From: an uncultured Nitrospirales bacterium
Lineage (GTDB): Bacteria; Nitrospirota; Nitrospiria; Nitrospirales; NS-4
Direction of reading: 5' to 3'
DNA length: 64,000 bases
Assembly (NCBI GenBank): GCA_964542245.1
Contig: CAZITU010000003.1
Location: forward strand, 17,888 to 81,887
Part shown: positions 51,755 through 60,973 of the stretch, one piece after another
Numbering within the stretch: the stretch's first letter is position 1
Layout: the number at the start of each line of letters is the position of its first letter
Notes under the pieces: generated by a model
What the model was told of the DNA's origin: nothing
The model's database searches: none
What the model saw: the letters and a program-made list of their open reading frames with translations, nothing else
Program-made: the position numbers and the translations under genes

Positions 51755-52645
51755 TTAAACGTTCGACGAATTTTTCAAATCGGCGGCAAGTTGATCCAGC
51801 TTCTCCGCTTTCGTCTTCATGTCGCCGGTCAGGTTTTTCAGCAGATCGGCAAGACGATTTCGTTCTTTCTCAATCTCGAGCAGTTTGGTAACCCTCCCTT
51901 TACTCTTTTCCAATTCGAGTCTCGTCTCATCAAAGGCCGCCTTAACCTCTTTCGCCTTCTCGTGAGCCGACTTCAGATCTTGAGTCAGGACGGAAAGCTG
52001 CCCCTCGTTCGCGCTCAGTCTAGTTTCCAGCTCTGCCGAATACTCTTTGCTTTGCCGAGATTCCTCCTCAAGCATTTGAATGGCAGAGACCCAATCCAGC
52101 GCGTCTCCCGGGCCGAAATTCGGGGCAACCGGCAGAGGCTGTTCTGCTTTCACCGCATGGACGACTGCCTGTAACCAATCAATAAAGACCGTGATCTCAC
52201 GTAATCCGGCGCCCAACGGGGAGGCGTCCGTTGCCGGTTTTCCGACCGGCACCTCGTGCGCCGTCACGTCCACAATCTCAGCTTCCCGCACACGCTTCTC
52301 CATGGAAATATCAGCTCCACGATGATCTACAGCCTGACGCGCATACTCCAACAGGGCCGCCACGCAGTGTCGGCATAACGGTCGTTCATTCGAAGGACAG
52401 GAGCACTTGGTCACAAGATTCCCGTCCGTCAGCCGGATCGTTTGGTGATACAGACCGTTGGCCCCCCCCACTTCCGATGAGATTTTCTCTTCGTCGGCTT
52501 GGATGATCCGCACGCGACGCTGTGTAAAGTATTGATGGCCTATGGTGAAAGCCGATCTCGGGGCCACGGCCTGAATCATGTCAGGCTGCAACTGGCTCAG
52601 ATTGGGAGCCGCGCACGGGATCTGGTTGCGCAGGAATATACCCAT
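51755..52645 (-). CDS. SWIM zinc-finger protein with C-terminal coiled coil
   Basis: CSCPSNERPLCRHC fits CxCxnCxH. The last ~120 aa are heptad-like and rich in E/K/L. Confidence 0.7.
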   Translation of the reverse strand: MGIFLRNQIPCAAPNLSQLQPDMIQAVAPRSAFTIGHQYFTQRRVRIIQADEEKISSEVGGANGLYHQTIRLTDGNLVTKCSCPSNERPLCRHCVAALLEYARQAVDHRGADISMEKRVREAEIVDVTAHEVPVGKPATDASPLGAGLREITVFIDWLQAVVHAVKAEQPLPVAPNFGPGDALDWVSAIQMLEEESRQSKEYSAELETRLSANEGQLSVLTQDLKSAHEKAKEVKAAFDETRLELEKSKGRVTKLLEIEKERNRLADLLKNLTGDMKTKAEKLDQLAADLKNSSNV

Positions 52646-52709
52646 GGGATTACGACTGCTCCTGAAGTTCGGAAGACCGTAGTAAGGAAACCGGTGGCCC
52701 AGGATTCAT

Positions 52710-55046
52710 TTATGATTTACCGGCGCGACCGTGCCCCGGAGCGTGCCCGGAGGCGTGGGGAGGCCCTGACCTCCCGGGCAAATAGAGCAAGGGCGGCTGC
52801 TCCAACATCCCATAGCGCGTGCTTGTATAGCCCGAATAGTACGAGCGTCCCTGGAGGCTCATCAAATCATTCAACACGACCCCTTCGACGTTCCCCCCGG
52901 CCAGAAAATCCAGCGCCTCGATGACCACGTGCTGGGGCGTCTGACCGGCCCTCACCGCAAGCACCATACCGTCCACAATCTCGCAATAGAGATTCATGTC
53001 GGCCATCGGCAGGATCGGGGGTGCGTCGAGGATCACAAAGGCACCGCGATGCCTGAGGTCGTCAAGGAGCTTCTGCATCTGGAGGCGGATCGCCGGCAGG
53101 CCGAGCCGATCCAGGTCGCTCGTTCCCACCGTCAAAACTTTGAGGTTAGGGTGCGCGTGCTGGTAGAGCGCCGCGTCCAGGGCGCATTCTCCGGCCAGGA
53201 CATTCATCAATCCCTTCTCATCATCACGAGCCAACCGCGCGCTCACGGACGGATTCCGCATGTCCCCGTCAATCAGGATCGTATCCTCCAGGTAGTCCCG
53301 CGCCAGCGTCACCGCCAATCCCATCGCCAGCGTGCTCTTGCCTTCGCCCGGGAGCGCGCTCGTGACGGCCAGGATCCGCATTCCCTTCTTGGCCCGCGAC
53401 TGAATCACCCGACCGGCAAGTACCCGGAACTGCTCCGCCGCCAGCGCATTCCGAGTCGCCTGGATAACCGCAGAAGTCCGCCTCCCCGCCATGGGCTTCT
53501 TGTTCCATGAAAACGCGGAGAGCAATCGGGGCCACTTGTGCTCCTCAGGAACGGCCTCCAGAGGCTTGGGGGGCTCCTCCCCCACCCACAGCCCGGACAT
53601 ATGCGGAATCGTCGCCAGGACCGGGAGATGAAGGGCGGCTTCTATTTCCTCCGGTCGTCGGAAGGGGAGATTGCGGAAATCCAGCCACCAAATCGAGCCG
53701 CCCGCAAGCACCAGGCCGGCGAAGGCTCCGCCCAAGAAAACCTTCAACGGATCCGGTTTCACCGGCTTTTCAGGCTGATTGGCAGGATCAATGATTCGGA
53801 ACTGCTCCCCTTTCTGGCGCTTTTCCATGCTCTCGGAAATCTTGGCCGTCATTTTCTTGCTGAGCAGGGCTTCATACGTTCGGCGGTTATTGTCATAGTC
53901 CCGCGTCAGGATGCTCAGTTGTTGTTCATGCGCCGGAGTCGCATCAACCCGCCGCTCGAGTTCCTTGATCTGCCTTTCCGTCTCGAGTTTTCGCATTTTG
54001 CGGACCTGGATCTCCGCCTCGCTGGTACGGAGCTGGGCCTCCAGGTTCCGGGGGTCCGCACCTTCCCGCTCGCCGGATGCTTGCGCGCCCTCGGCCCCGG
54101 GCGCTCCCTGCTCTCCCCCGGCCTCCCCGGCCGAAGCCACTTGGGGGGCCCCTCCGGCCAGAAGCGCCTCGAGTTCCTGGATCTGCCGCTTGGTCTGAAT
54201 GACGTCCGGATAGGTCTCCTTGTACTCGGACTGGAGCTGAATGAGTTGTGCCCGTAGTTGCTGGAGCCGGGTTCTATTGGGTGAGAGCCCGGGCAACGCC
54301 GTACCCGTCGGATCGTTCAAGGCGTCCCGGAGAATATCCCGCTTCTCTTCGGTCATTCGCAGGGAGTCGGTCGCATTCTGCAGCTCCATCTGGAGTCGGT
54401 CCAGCGTGCGCAGGTTGGCTTCGATCTGCTGCGGCAATTGCCCCATGTACCTGTGCTTGTAGTCGCTGATCTGCTTTTCCTGAAGGTTCAAGGTCTCCTG
54501 GAGGCTCTGCAGTTCCTGCACCAAAAACTCGGACGTACCCTCGACCAACTGCTCACGCACCCTGAGGTTTTCCTCAATAAACAGGGATGCAAGCTTGTTC
54601 GTGACCCGCATCACCGTCAGCGGTTTTTCACCCTCATAGGCAATCGTGAAGGCCTGGATGTTCCGTCGGAGACGGTCATCCACGGTCTCCACTTTGATAT
54701 GCTTTCTCATGTCCTCGATCTTGTCCTCCAAAGGCAAACTCTCGTCCTTGTAGAGGTTGAATTCCTTGATGATCCTATCGAGAAGCGTTCGGCTGAAGAT
54801 CTGTTGCTGGATGGAAATCAGGCGTTCCTCGATGGTATCCACCGTGACCGGCTTAATGAAATCGGTCGGAACTTTCTGGGATTCTACCAGGATCAGCGTG
54901 CTGGAGCGGTAGACCTTGGGCAGCAGCAAAAAGACCACGCCGGCGCCCATGAACCCCACCAGCAAGCACGCAAGCACACTCCACTTGCGGCGGTTCAAGA
55001 TCTCCAGATAGTCGGTCAGTTCGAGTATGGGAACAGCCTTTCTCAT
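52710..55046 (-). CDS. polysaccharide co-polymerase (Wzz/chain-length determinant) fused to a BY-kinase
   Basis: N-terminal TM helix, long coiled-coil periplasmic region and a second TM helix. C-terminal P-loop kinase (SALPGEGKST Walker A, ILIDGD, VILDAPP) and Tyr-rich tail RSYYSGYTSTRY. Confidence 0.88.
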   Translation of the reverse strand: MRKAVPILELTDYLEILNRRKWSVLACLLVGFMGAGVVFLLLPKVYRSSTLILVESQKVPTDFIKPVTVDTIEERLISIQQQIFSRTLLDRIIKEFNLYKDESLPLEDKIEDMRKHIKVETVDDRLRRNIQAFTIAYEGEKPLTVMRVTNKLASLFIEENLRVREQLVEGTSEFLVQELQSLQETLNLQEKQISDYKHRYMGQLPQQIEANLRTLDRLQMELQNATDSLRMTEEKRDILRDALNDPTGTALPGLSPNRTRLQQLRAQLIQLQSEYKETYPDVIQTKRQIQELEALLAGGAPQVASAGEAGGEQGAPGAEGAQASGEREGADPRNLEAQLRTSEAEIQVRKMRKLETERQIKELERRVDATPAHEQQLSILTRDYDNNRRTYEALLSKKMTAKISESMEKRQKGEQFRIIDPANQPEKPVKPDPLKVFLGGAFAGLVLAGGSIWWLDFRNLPFRRPEEIEAALHLPVLATIPHMSGLWVGEEPPKPLEAVPEEHKWPRLLSAFSWNKKPMAGRRTSAVIQATRNALAAEQFRVLAGRVIQSRAKKGMRILAVTSALPGEGKSTLAMGLAVTLARDYLEDTILIDGDMRNPSVSARLARDDEKGLMNVLAGECALDAALYQHAHPNLKVLTVGTSDLDRLGLPAIRLQMQKLLDDLRHRGAFVILDAPPILPMADMNLYCEIVDGMVLAVRAGQTPQHVVIEALDFLAGGNVEGVVLNDLMSLQGRSYYSGYTSTRYGMLEQPPLLYLPGRSGPPHASGHAPGHGRAGKS

Positions 55047-55108
55047 CCCGTTCCCCGCGTCTAGACCACGCCCAAGGCGGCCTGAAAGTCACCAGGCAAT
55101 GGCAAAAG

Positions 55109-55138
55109 AGTATAGAAGTTGGTGTGGCCTCCGGTCAA
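55109..55138 (-). promoter_or_regulatory. candidate sigma-70 promoter upstream of the co-polymerase gene
   Basis: Minus strand TTGACC-N18-TATACT in the wza / co-polymerase intergenic region. Confidence 0.3.
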
Positions 55139-55163
55139 CTGAGACCTCTTGGAGCGCGCACTG

Positions 55164-55781
55164 TCAAGGCACAACGACCGTGTCTCCCGGCACCAGCACA
55201 ATGTTCTTGGAAGAATCCGTTCCCGACACGATATCATCGTAACTGGCATTGATCCGAACGTCGGCGCCCGTCTCGGGCGATTTCCTGAGCACGAACATCC
55301 TGCTTTTCGCCGCAAACGGGGTAAACCCGCCGGCCGTGGAAATGGCCTGAAGAATCGTCGAATAGGTCTTCAACTGGTACCGGCCTGGCTTCGCCACTTC
55401 CCCCATGACATACACGCTGTAACTATTGACCTGCTGCACGACCACGGACACATTGGGCGTTTCCTTATAATACTTCAGCCGCGCGGCAATGTCTTGCGTC
55501 AATTGCGCAGCCGTCAAGCCCAGCGCGGGGACGTCTCCCACCAAGGGCAGCGAGATCTTTCCATCCGGACGGACCGGCACGACCTTCGACAGGTCGGCGT
55601 TCCGCCACACGATCACCTCCACTACATCTTCGGGTCCGATCTTGTAATCGCCTGATGTATAGGAGTCCGATCCCGCCCCCGCAACAGGCTTCTGCGCGGA
55701 CATCACCGGCCCACAAGAGACCAAGGCCAGCGCGCTTATCCCTGCAATCAGCACTAAACAACTCCTGATTGGTCGTTTCAT
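55164..55781 (-). CDS. Wza/EpsE-like polysaccharide export lipoprotein
   Basis: Lipoprotein signal MKRPIRSCLVLIAGISALALVSC. Poly_export motif YKIGPEDVVEVIVW followed by an SLBB-like region. The tracked 5' extension is spurious. Confidence 0.85.
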   Translation of the reverse strand: MKRPIRSCLVLIAGISALALVSCGPVMSAQKPVAGAGSDSYTSGDYKIGPEDVVEVIVWRNADLSKVVPVRPDGKISLPLVGDVPALGLTAAQLTQDIAARLKYYKETPNVSVVVQQVNSYSVYVMGEVAKPGRYQLKTYSTILQAISTAGGFTPFAAKSRMFVLRKSPETGADVRINASYDDIVSGTDSSKNIVLVPGDTVVVP

Positions 55782-55850
55782 TCCCCCCTCACCCTCACCC
55801 CCCTCCCTCACCCTCCCCCTCGAGGGGGGAGGGGTGGGTGGGGGTGAGCG
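55782..55850. repeat. C-tract/G-tract palindromic element centred on CCCCCTCGAGGGGG, with G-quadruplex-type tracts on both strands
   Basis: Plus strand G6-A-G4-T-G3-T-G5 at 55824-55844. The minus strand (mRNA sense) has six G3-6 tracts spanning the epimerase stop and the wza RBS. Confidence 0.7.
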
Positions 55851-56868
55851 TTGCCGCGTACCATTGGATCGCGTCGTCCAATCCTTGCGCCACGGAATGG
55901 CTCGGGGCATAGTCGAGTAAGCGTCTGGCCTTCGCGATGTCGGCTTGGGAATGCATGATGTCGCCCGGTCGAAACGGCCCCCAACGGGGCTGCGCTCCCT
56001 TCAAGTCCGGACGGTAGGGTAGAAGCCGACCTCTGATCATGGTGTACAGATCAATTAAGGAAGTCCGGTCCCCTAGCGCAATGTTGTAAACGGTGTTCAG
56101 AGCCTGCGGATCGTCGGTTGTGGCCGCCAGGAGGTTGGCTTGCAAGACGTTGTCAATATAACAAAAATCCCGGCTGGTCGTCCCATCGCCGTAAATCACG
56201 CAGGGCTTTCCCCGCAACATGTTTGAGACCCAGATCGGAATGACGGCGGCGTAAGGACCCTCCGGATCTTGGCGGCGACCGAAGACGTTAAAATACCGCA
56301 ATCCCACGCTCTGCAGGTCATACGCCCGGCTGAAGATATCGGCATAGAGCTCATCCACGACCTTCGTGACCGCATAGGGCGATAAGGGTTTGCCGAGTTC
56401 TGCCTCCACCTTGGGTAAGCCCGGATGATCCCCGTACACCGAACTCGAGCTGGCATAGACAAAGCGGGCCACCTTGGCCTCCCTCGCGGCGGCCATCATA
56501 TTGACGAAGCCGTCCACATTGGCCCGATGGGCCCCCAAGGGGTCATCAATGGACCGCGGAACCGAGCCCAAGGCCGCATGGTGTAAGACGTATTCAACTC
56601 CCGCACAAGCCTTGGCACACGTGGAGAAATCACCGATATCACCTTCAAGAGAGGTGAACCGTTTCCAGCCGGCCTCGCCCACGCGACCCCGCACGTCCTC
56701 CAGATTCCGAGGTGAACCGGTCGAGAAATTGTCCAGCCCGACAACCTGTTGCCCCCACTGCAGCAGCAGCTCCAACAGGTTCGAGCCGATGAACCCCGCC
56801 ACGCCGGTGATGAGCCAGGTCCGCGGGGCGGACACCACCTGCTTCTTCACGGCTTCAAACACGGTCAT
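55795..56868 (-). CDS. NAD-dependent UDP-sugar 4-epimerase (WbpP/TviC-like)
   Basis: ITGVAGFIGSNL Rossmann motif, catalytic YAVTK, and a full-length extended-SDR pattern similar to UDP-GlcNAc C4 epimerases. Start at MTVFEAV (ATGA overlap with the upstream stop). Confidence 0.85.
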   Translation of the reverse strand: MTVFEAVKKQVVSAPRTWLITGVAGFIGSNLLELLLQWGQQVVGLDNFSTGSPRNLEDVRGRVGEAGWKRFTSLEGDIGDFSTCAKACAGVEYVLHHAALGSVPRSIDDPLGAHRANVDGFVNMMAAAREAKVARFVYASSSSVYGDHPGLPKVEAELGKPLSPYAVTKVVDELYADIFSRAYDLQSVGLRYFNVFGRRQDPEGPYAAVIPIWVSNMLRGKPCVIYGDGTTSRDFCYIDNVLQANLLAATTDDPQALNTVYNIALGDRTSLIDLYTMIRGRLLPYRPDLKGAQPRWGPFRPGDIMHSQADIAKARRLLDYAPSHSVAQGLDDAIQWYAATLTPTHPSPLEGEGEGGG

Positions 56869-58142
56869 CACAGTCGCCAGTAGGAGACGCTCCCCGGAAG
56901 CCTCGCGGGCGTTAAGACGGCCTTCACATCCATGACGGCCCCGCCCATCGCCTTCAACGGCTTGAGAAGGGTCGCGGTGTCCATCTCGCGGTAGAAGCGA
57001 TGCGCGACCGCGAGCACGATGCCGTCCAGATCTCTCAACGCTTCCCACGCCATCGGACGAATGCCGTACTCATGTTCGGCCTCGACGGGGTCCACCATGG
57101 GATCGTGAACCAGGACTTCGACGCCGTATGCCTGCAATTCCCTGACGATGTCCGGCACCCGGCTGTTGCGCACGTCGGGCACGTCTTCTTTGAAGGTGAG
57201 GCCCAACACGGCAACGCGCGCGCCGGCCACGGGCTTGGCCATCCGGCTGAGAAGCTTGACGGTCTGCTCGGCCACATAGACGCCCATGCCGTTGTTGATC
57301 CGGCGGCCGGAGAGAATGACCTGTGGATGGTACCCGACCGATTCGGCCTTGGTCGTCAAATAATACGGGTCCACCCCGATGCAGTGCCCGCCGACCAGAC
57401 CCGGGGCGAACCGGAGAAAGTTCCATTTGGTCCCGGCCGCGTCCAACACCGCCTTGGTATCAATCCCGAGGCGATGGAAGATCAGCGCCAACTCGTTCAT
57501 AAGCGCGATGTTCAGGTCCCGCTGAGTGTTTTCGATCACCTTGGCCGCCTCGGCGACCTTGATGCTGGGAGCACGGTGCACGCCGGCCGATACCACCGTG
57601 GCGTACGTCCGCGCGACCACGTCGAGGGTCTTCTCGTCCGTCGCCGCAACCACTTTGACCACCCGATCCAGCGTGTGTTCTTTGTCGCCGGGATTGATGC
57701 GTTCGGGCGAATAGCCCAGGTAGAAATCCTTCCCACACTTGAGGCCGGAGCAGCGCTCCAAGATCGGCAGGCAGACCTCTTCAGTGGCGCCCGGATAGAC
57801 CGTTGACTCGTACACGATGATCGCGCCGGCCTTCATGTGGCTCCCGATGAGTTCGGAAGCGCGCATCAGGGCGGTCAGATCAGGCTGCAATGTCGAATTG
57901 ATCGGTGTCGGGACCGCCACAATGATAAAGTCGGCGTGCTTGAGCGTCGAAGGATCGTCGCTGAACGTGATCTGAGCGCGCTGAAAGTCCTCGTGGGAGA
58001 CCTCGCCGGTCCGGTCCTTCCCACGACGCAACTCCTCGATTTTGTTCTTGTTGACGTCAAACCCGATGACCGGACCGCGTTTGCCGAATGCCACCGCGAC
58101 CGGAAGTCCCACATAGCCCAGCCCTACTACAGCAATCCGCAT
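56868..58142 (-). CDS. UDP-N-acetyl-hexosamine 6-dehydrogenase (WbpO/TviB-like nucleotide-sugar dehydrogenase)
   Basis: [16 protein letters not shown] Rossmann motif and catalytic Cys in GGHCIGVDP. Confidence 0.88.
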   Translation of the reverse strand: MRIAVVGLGYVGLPVAVAFGKRGPVIGFDVNKNKIEELRRGKDRTGEVSHEDFQRAQITFSDDPSTLKHADFIIVAVPTPINSTLQPDLTALMRASELIGSHMKAGAIIVYESTVYPGATEEVCLPILERCSGLKCGKDFYLGYSPERINPGDKEHTLDRVVKVVAATDEKTLDVVARTYATVVSAGVHRAPSIKVAEAAKVIENTQRDLNIALMNELALIFHRLGIDTKAVLDAAGTKWNFLRFAPGLVGGHCIGVDPYYLTTKAESVGYHPQVILSGRRINNGMGVYVAEQTVKLLSRMAKPVAGARVAVLGLTFKEDVPDVRNSRVPDIVRELQAYGVEVLVHDPMVDPVEAEHEYGIRPMAWEALRDLDGIVLAVAHRFYREMDTATLLKPLKAMGGAVMDVKAVLTPARLPGSVSYWRL

Positions 58143-58181
58143 CTCGGGTCCGCTCCAAACGATCTTGCGTGACGGGTATGA

Positions 58182-58210
58182 ATAGTATCACGATACAGTA
58201 CTTCTGTCCA
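58182..58210 (-). promoter_or_regulatory. candidate sigma-70 promoter for the dehydrogenase/epimerase end of the locus
   Basis: Minus strand TGGACA-N17-TACTAT with an upstream TG (extended -10), about 40 nt before the ATG at 58142. Confidence 0.35.
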
Positions 58211-58294
58211 AATCAACCGGGGTTACGACTCACCCTTGTCGCAGGGCCAGGATTCCAGTAGACTGCTGCCGGTTAGTCGTCGCGATAATCACTC

Positions 58295-58371
58295 GGCCCC
58301 GTAGCTCAGTTGGATAGAGCAGCGGTTTCCTAAACCGCGTGTCGTCGGTTCAATTCCGGCCGGGGCCACCA
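58295..58371 (+). tRNA. tRNA-Arg (anticodon CCT)
   Basis: Cloverleaf by hand: acceptor GGCCCCG/CGGGGCC, anticodon stem GCGGT/ACCGC, loop TTCCTAA, T-arm GGTTCAATTCC, 3' CCA encoded. Confidence 0.9.
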
Positions 58372-58419
58372 AATAGAACGCCGCTTCCTTGGTTGCCGCT
58401 TGAGGGAGTAAACCCGGGC

Positions 58420-59094
58420 GTGCTGAAAGCCATTATCTTCGACTTCGACGGCGTCCTGGCCGACACCGAGCCGATCCACTTCCTGATGTTTCACCGGGTG
58501 CTGGAAGAGGAAGGCATCCCCCTCAGCCAACATGACTATTACGACAAGTACGTCGGGTTCGACGACAAGGGATGTTTCCACGCCATCCTCTCCGAGCACG
58601 GCCGTCCTGCCGCGCCGGAGACGATTCATCGGCTCGTCGAGCGGAAAGCGGCGCTGATGCTCGGCCATGTCACGACCGCCCGGGTGGTGTATCCCGACGT
58701 TGCGGAGTTCGTCAAGGACGTCGCCGGCCGCTACCGATTGGCGATCGTGTCCGGCGCCCTCCGGCGCGAAATCGAGCTGATTCTCCAGACCGCCGGCATG
58801 GGGAACAGTTTCGAGCACATTACCGCGGCGGAAGAAGTCCGGGACGGAAAGCCCGCACCGGAGGGTTATCTGCACGCCCTTCAGTCCCTGAACCGGCAGG
58901 CCCCGCTCCTGGCCTCGGAGTGCCTCGTCATCGAGGACACCGTGTTCGGCATCCAGGCCGCCCATGCGGCGGGGATGCGCTGCCTGGCCCTGTCCACCAC
59001 ATCCCCCCCGGACCGGCTCGTGATCGCCGACGCCGTCGCCTCGACGCTGAAGGGATACGATCTCGAATCCCTCGCGCGGCGGCTCTGGAGTTGA
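58420..59094 (+). CDS. HAD-superfamily hydrolase (beta-phosphoglucomutase-like subfamily)
   Basis: GTG start after GAGGGAG. Motif I IFDFDGVLADTE and motif IV EDTVFGIQAAHAAG. The tracked 5' extension overlaps the tRNA. Confidence 0.85.
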   Translation: MLKAIIFDFDGVLADTEPIHFLMFHRVLEEEGIPLSQHDYYDKYVGFDDKGCFHAILSEHGRPAAPETIHRLVERKAALMLGHVTTARVVYPDVAEFVKDVAGRYRLAIVSGALRREIELILQTAGMGNSFEHITAAEEVRDGKPAPEGYLHALQSLNRQAPLLASECLVIEDTVFGIQAAHAAGMRCLALSTTSPPDRLVIADAVASTLKGYDLESLARRLWS

Positions 59095-59096
59095 CC

Positions 59097-60002
59097 GTGC
59101 GCATCTGTTCCCTGCTGCCGGGTGCGACGGAGGTCGTGGCTGCGCTGGGGCTCGCGGACGACCTTGTGGCCGTCAGCCACGAATGCGACTACCCTCCTGC
59201 TGTCCGCGCCAAGCCCGTCGTGATCCGCAGCGAGGTCGAACCAGAACGGACCAGCAGCCGGGACATTGATCGTCAAGTCAGGACAGCCCTCAAAGCCGGA
59301 ACCGGCCTCTACCGCATTGACGAGGATCTTCTGCGCCGGGCGGACCCCGACCTCATCATCACGCAAGACCTTTGCGAGGTCTGCGCGGTGACGCCCACCG
59401 AAGTCCGGCGAGCCTTGGCCGGACTGGGACGGACGCCGCGCATGCTCTCGCTCAATCCGAGCAGCCTGGAGGATGTCTTGCGGGACATCAGGGCGATCGG
59501 CTCGGCCATCGGGCGAGAGGCATACGCGCGCCGCTGGGTCGAGGAATTGAAAGGCCGGCTCGACGCGGTCCGGGCGGCACTGGCGGACGACCACCGGCGC
59601 CGCGTGGCTTGCCTTGAATGGCTGGATCCGATCTACAGCGCCGGGCACTGGGTGCCGCAACTCGTGACGTGGGCCGGCGGCCTGGACCTTCTGGCACAGG
59701 CCGGCGCCAAGTCGGCCGTAGTTCCGTGGGACCGTGTCCGGGACAACGCCCCCGACGTGCTGATCCTCATGCCGTGCGGTTTCAGCATCGCCCGAACCCT
59801 TTCTGAATTGGACCGCCTGACCTCCCGCCCGGGTTGGGGAGAATTGCCGGCCGTTCGGTCCGGTGAAGTCTATGCCGTGGAAGGGCCGGCCTACTTCAAT
59901 CGGCCCGGTCCCCGCTTGGTGGACGGAGTGGAAATCCTGGCCGCTCTATTCCATCCCCACCGTTTCGGGAACCGCGTGCCGGAAGGCGCGCTGCGCGTAT
60001 GA
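59097..60002 (+). CDS. BtuF/periplasmic-binding-protein-fold protein without a signal peptide
   Basis: VRICSLLPGATEVVAALGLADDLVAVSHECDYP ... DLIITQDLC ... GPRLVDGVE. The tracked ORF start at 58572 is an out-of-context extension across the HAD gene. Confidence 0.7.
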   Translation: MRICSLLPGATEVVAALGLADDLVAVSHECDYPPAVRAKPVVIRSEVEPERTSSRDIDRQVRTALKAGTGLYRIDEDLLRRADPDLIITQDLCEVCAVTPTEVRRALAGLGRTPRMLSLNPSSLEDVLRDIRAIGSAIGREAYARRWVEELKGRLDAVRAALADDHRRRVACLEWLDPIYSAGHWVPQLVTWAGGLDLLAQAGAKSAVVPWDRVRDNAPDVLILMPCGFSIARTLSELDRLTSRPGWGELPAVRSGEVYAVEGPAYFNRPGPRLVDGVEILAALFHPHRFGNRVPEGALRV

Positions 60003-60892
60003 CCTTCCAGGAAGCGCAGCGGTACTGCACGGCACTCACCAAGCGAAGCGGCAGTAACTTCTATTACTCGTTTCTCTTCCTCCCGCGTGAACGCCGTGAG
60101 GCCATGCACGCCGTCTATGCCTTTTGCCGCGAAGTGGACAGCGCCGTGGATGACCCCGCACCCGGCTCCGACCCCAGAGAGCGCCTGAGGCGCTGGCGCG
60201 CCGATCTTGCGGCCTTCTATCGCCCCAATTCCCCCTCCGCATCCGGCGCGGGTCAAGAGACGCCCGCCTCGCCCGTAATGACTTGCCTCGCCGACCACAT
60301 CCGGCGACTCGAAATCCCGCAGGAATATTTCGACGACATCATCTCGGGGGTGGAGATGGATCTGACCATCAACCGGTACGCCACGTTTGAGGACCTGTAC
60401 ACTTACTGCTATCGGGTCGCGTCGGTCGTCGGTCTCATCTGCCTGAAGATCTTCGGGGCCCGCGCGCAGGAGTCGCGTGCCTACGCCGTCAATCTCGGCA
60501 TCGCCTTTCAACTCACGAACATCCTTCGGGACATTAAACCGGATGGGGCGAAGGGGCGAATTTACGTGCCTCAGGAAGACCTCGCGCGCTTCGGCTATCC
60601 CGAAGAAGCGATCCTCGCCGGCGCCTATACCCCGGCGTTCGTCAAGCTCATGGAGTTCGAGTGCCGGCGCGCCCAGGATTACTACCGCCGCGCGGAAGCC
60701 GCTCTCCCCGCCGCAGATCGGCTCGCGTTGCTGCCCGCCGAGATCATGCGGGCCATTTACCATCTGATCTTGGAACGCATTGAAGCATCACGGTACCGGG
60801 TCTTCAACCGGCGAATCACGCTCTCTCCCTCCCGGCGGCTGGTGGTCGCCTTGTGGGCCTGGTTGTCGTGCCGGCTGAAAGGAAAGACCTAA
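59999..60892 (+). CDS. squalene/phytoene synthase family protein (HpnD/CrtB-like)
   Basis: SGSNFYYSFLFLPRERREAMHAVYAFCREVDSAVDD and a second Asp-rich region. ATGA overlap with the upstream gene. Confidence 0.8.
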   Translation: MTFQEAQRYCTALTKRSGSNFYYSFLFLPRERREAMHAVYAFCREVDSAVDDPAPGSDPRERLRRWRADLAAFYRPNSPSASGAGQETPASPVMTCLADHIRRLEIPQEYFDDIISGVEMDLTINRYATFEDLYTYCYRVASVVGLICLKIFGARAQESRAYAVNLGIAFQLTNILRDIKPDGAKGRIYVPQEDLARFGYPEEAILAGAYTPAFVKLMEFECRRAQDYYRRAEAALPAADRLALLPAEIMRAIYHLILERIEASRYRVFNRRITLSPSRRLVVALWAWLSCRLKGKT

Positions 60893-60902
60893 AAGATACG
60901 AA

Positions 60903-60929
60903 GGGCAGGCGCCCATCAAACGCCTGCCC
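60903..60929. terminator. bidirectional hairpin between convergent genes
   Basis: Perfect 9-bp stem GGGCAGGCG / CGCCTGCCC with a 9-nt loop, between the 60892 and 60974 gene ends. Confidence 0.5.
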
Positions 60930-60973
60930 TCGCTGTACAGAAGAGGACGATTGGACTCTGCTGATCGTCGCGC

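Noticed and set aside
52462-52469. Other G/C homopolymers (G8 in the SWIM gene at 52462-52469, C7 at 47212-47218) as phase-variation sites
   Set aside because: Runs of 7-8 G/C are expected several times by chance in 64 kb at this GC content. These have no suggestive context, unlike the RBS tract and the C9 in a surface-protein gene.
58295-58371. tRNA-Arg as the attachment site of a genomic island carrying the EPS locus
   Set aside because: No integrase, transposase or repeated tRNA 3' segment is visible in the window. The locus contains core PEP-CTERM/exosortase genes with host-like composition apart from a few patches.
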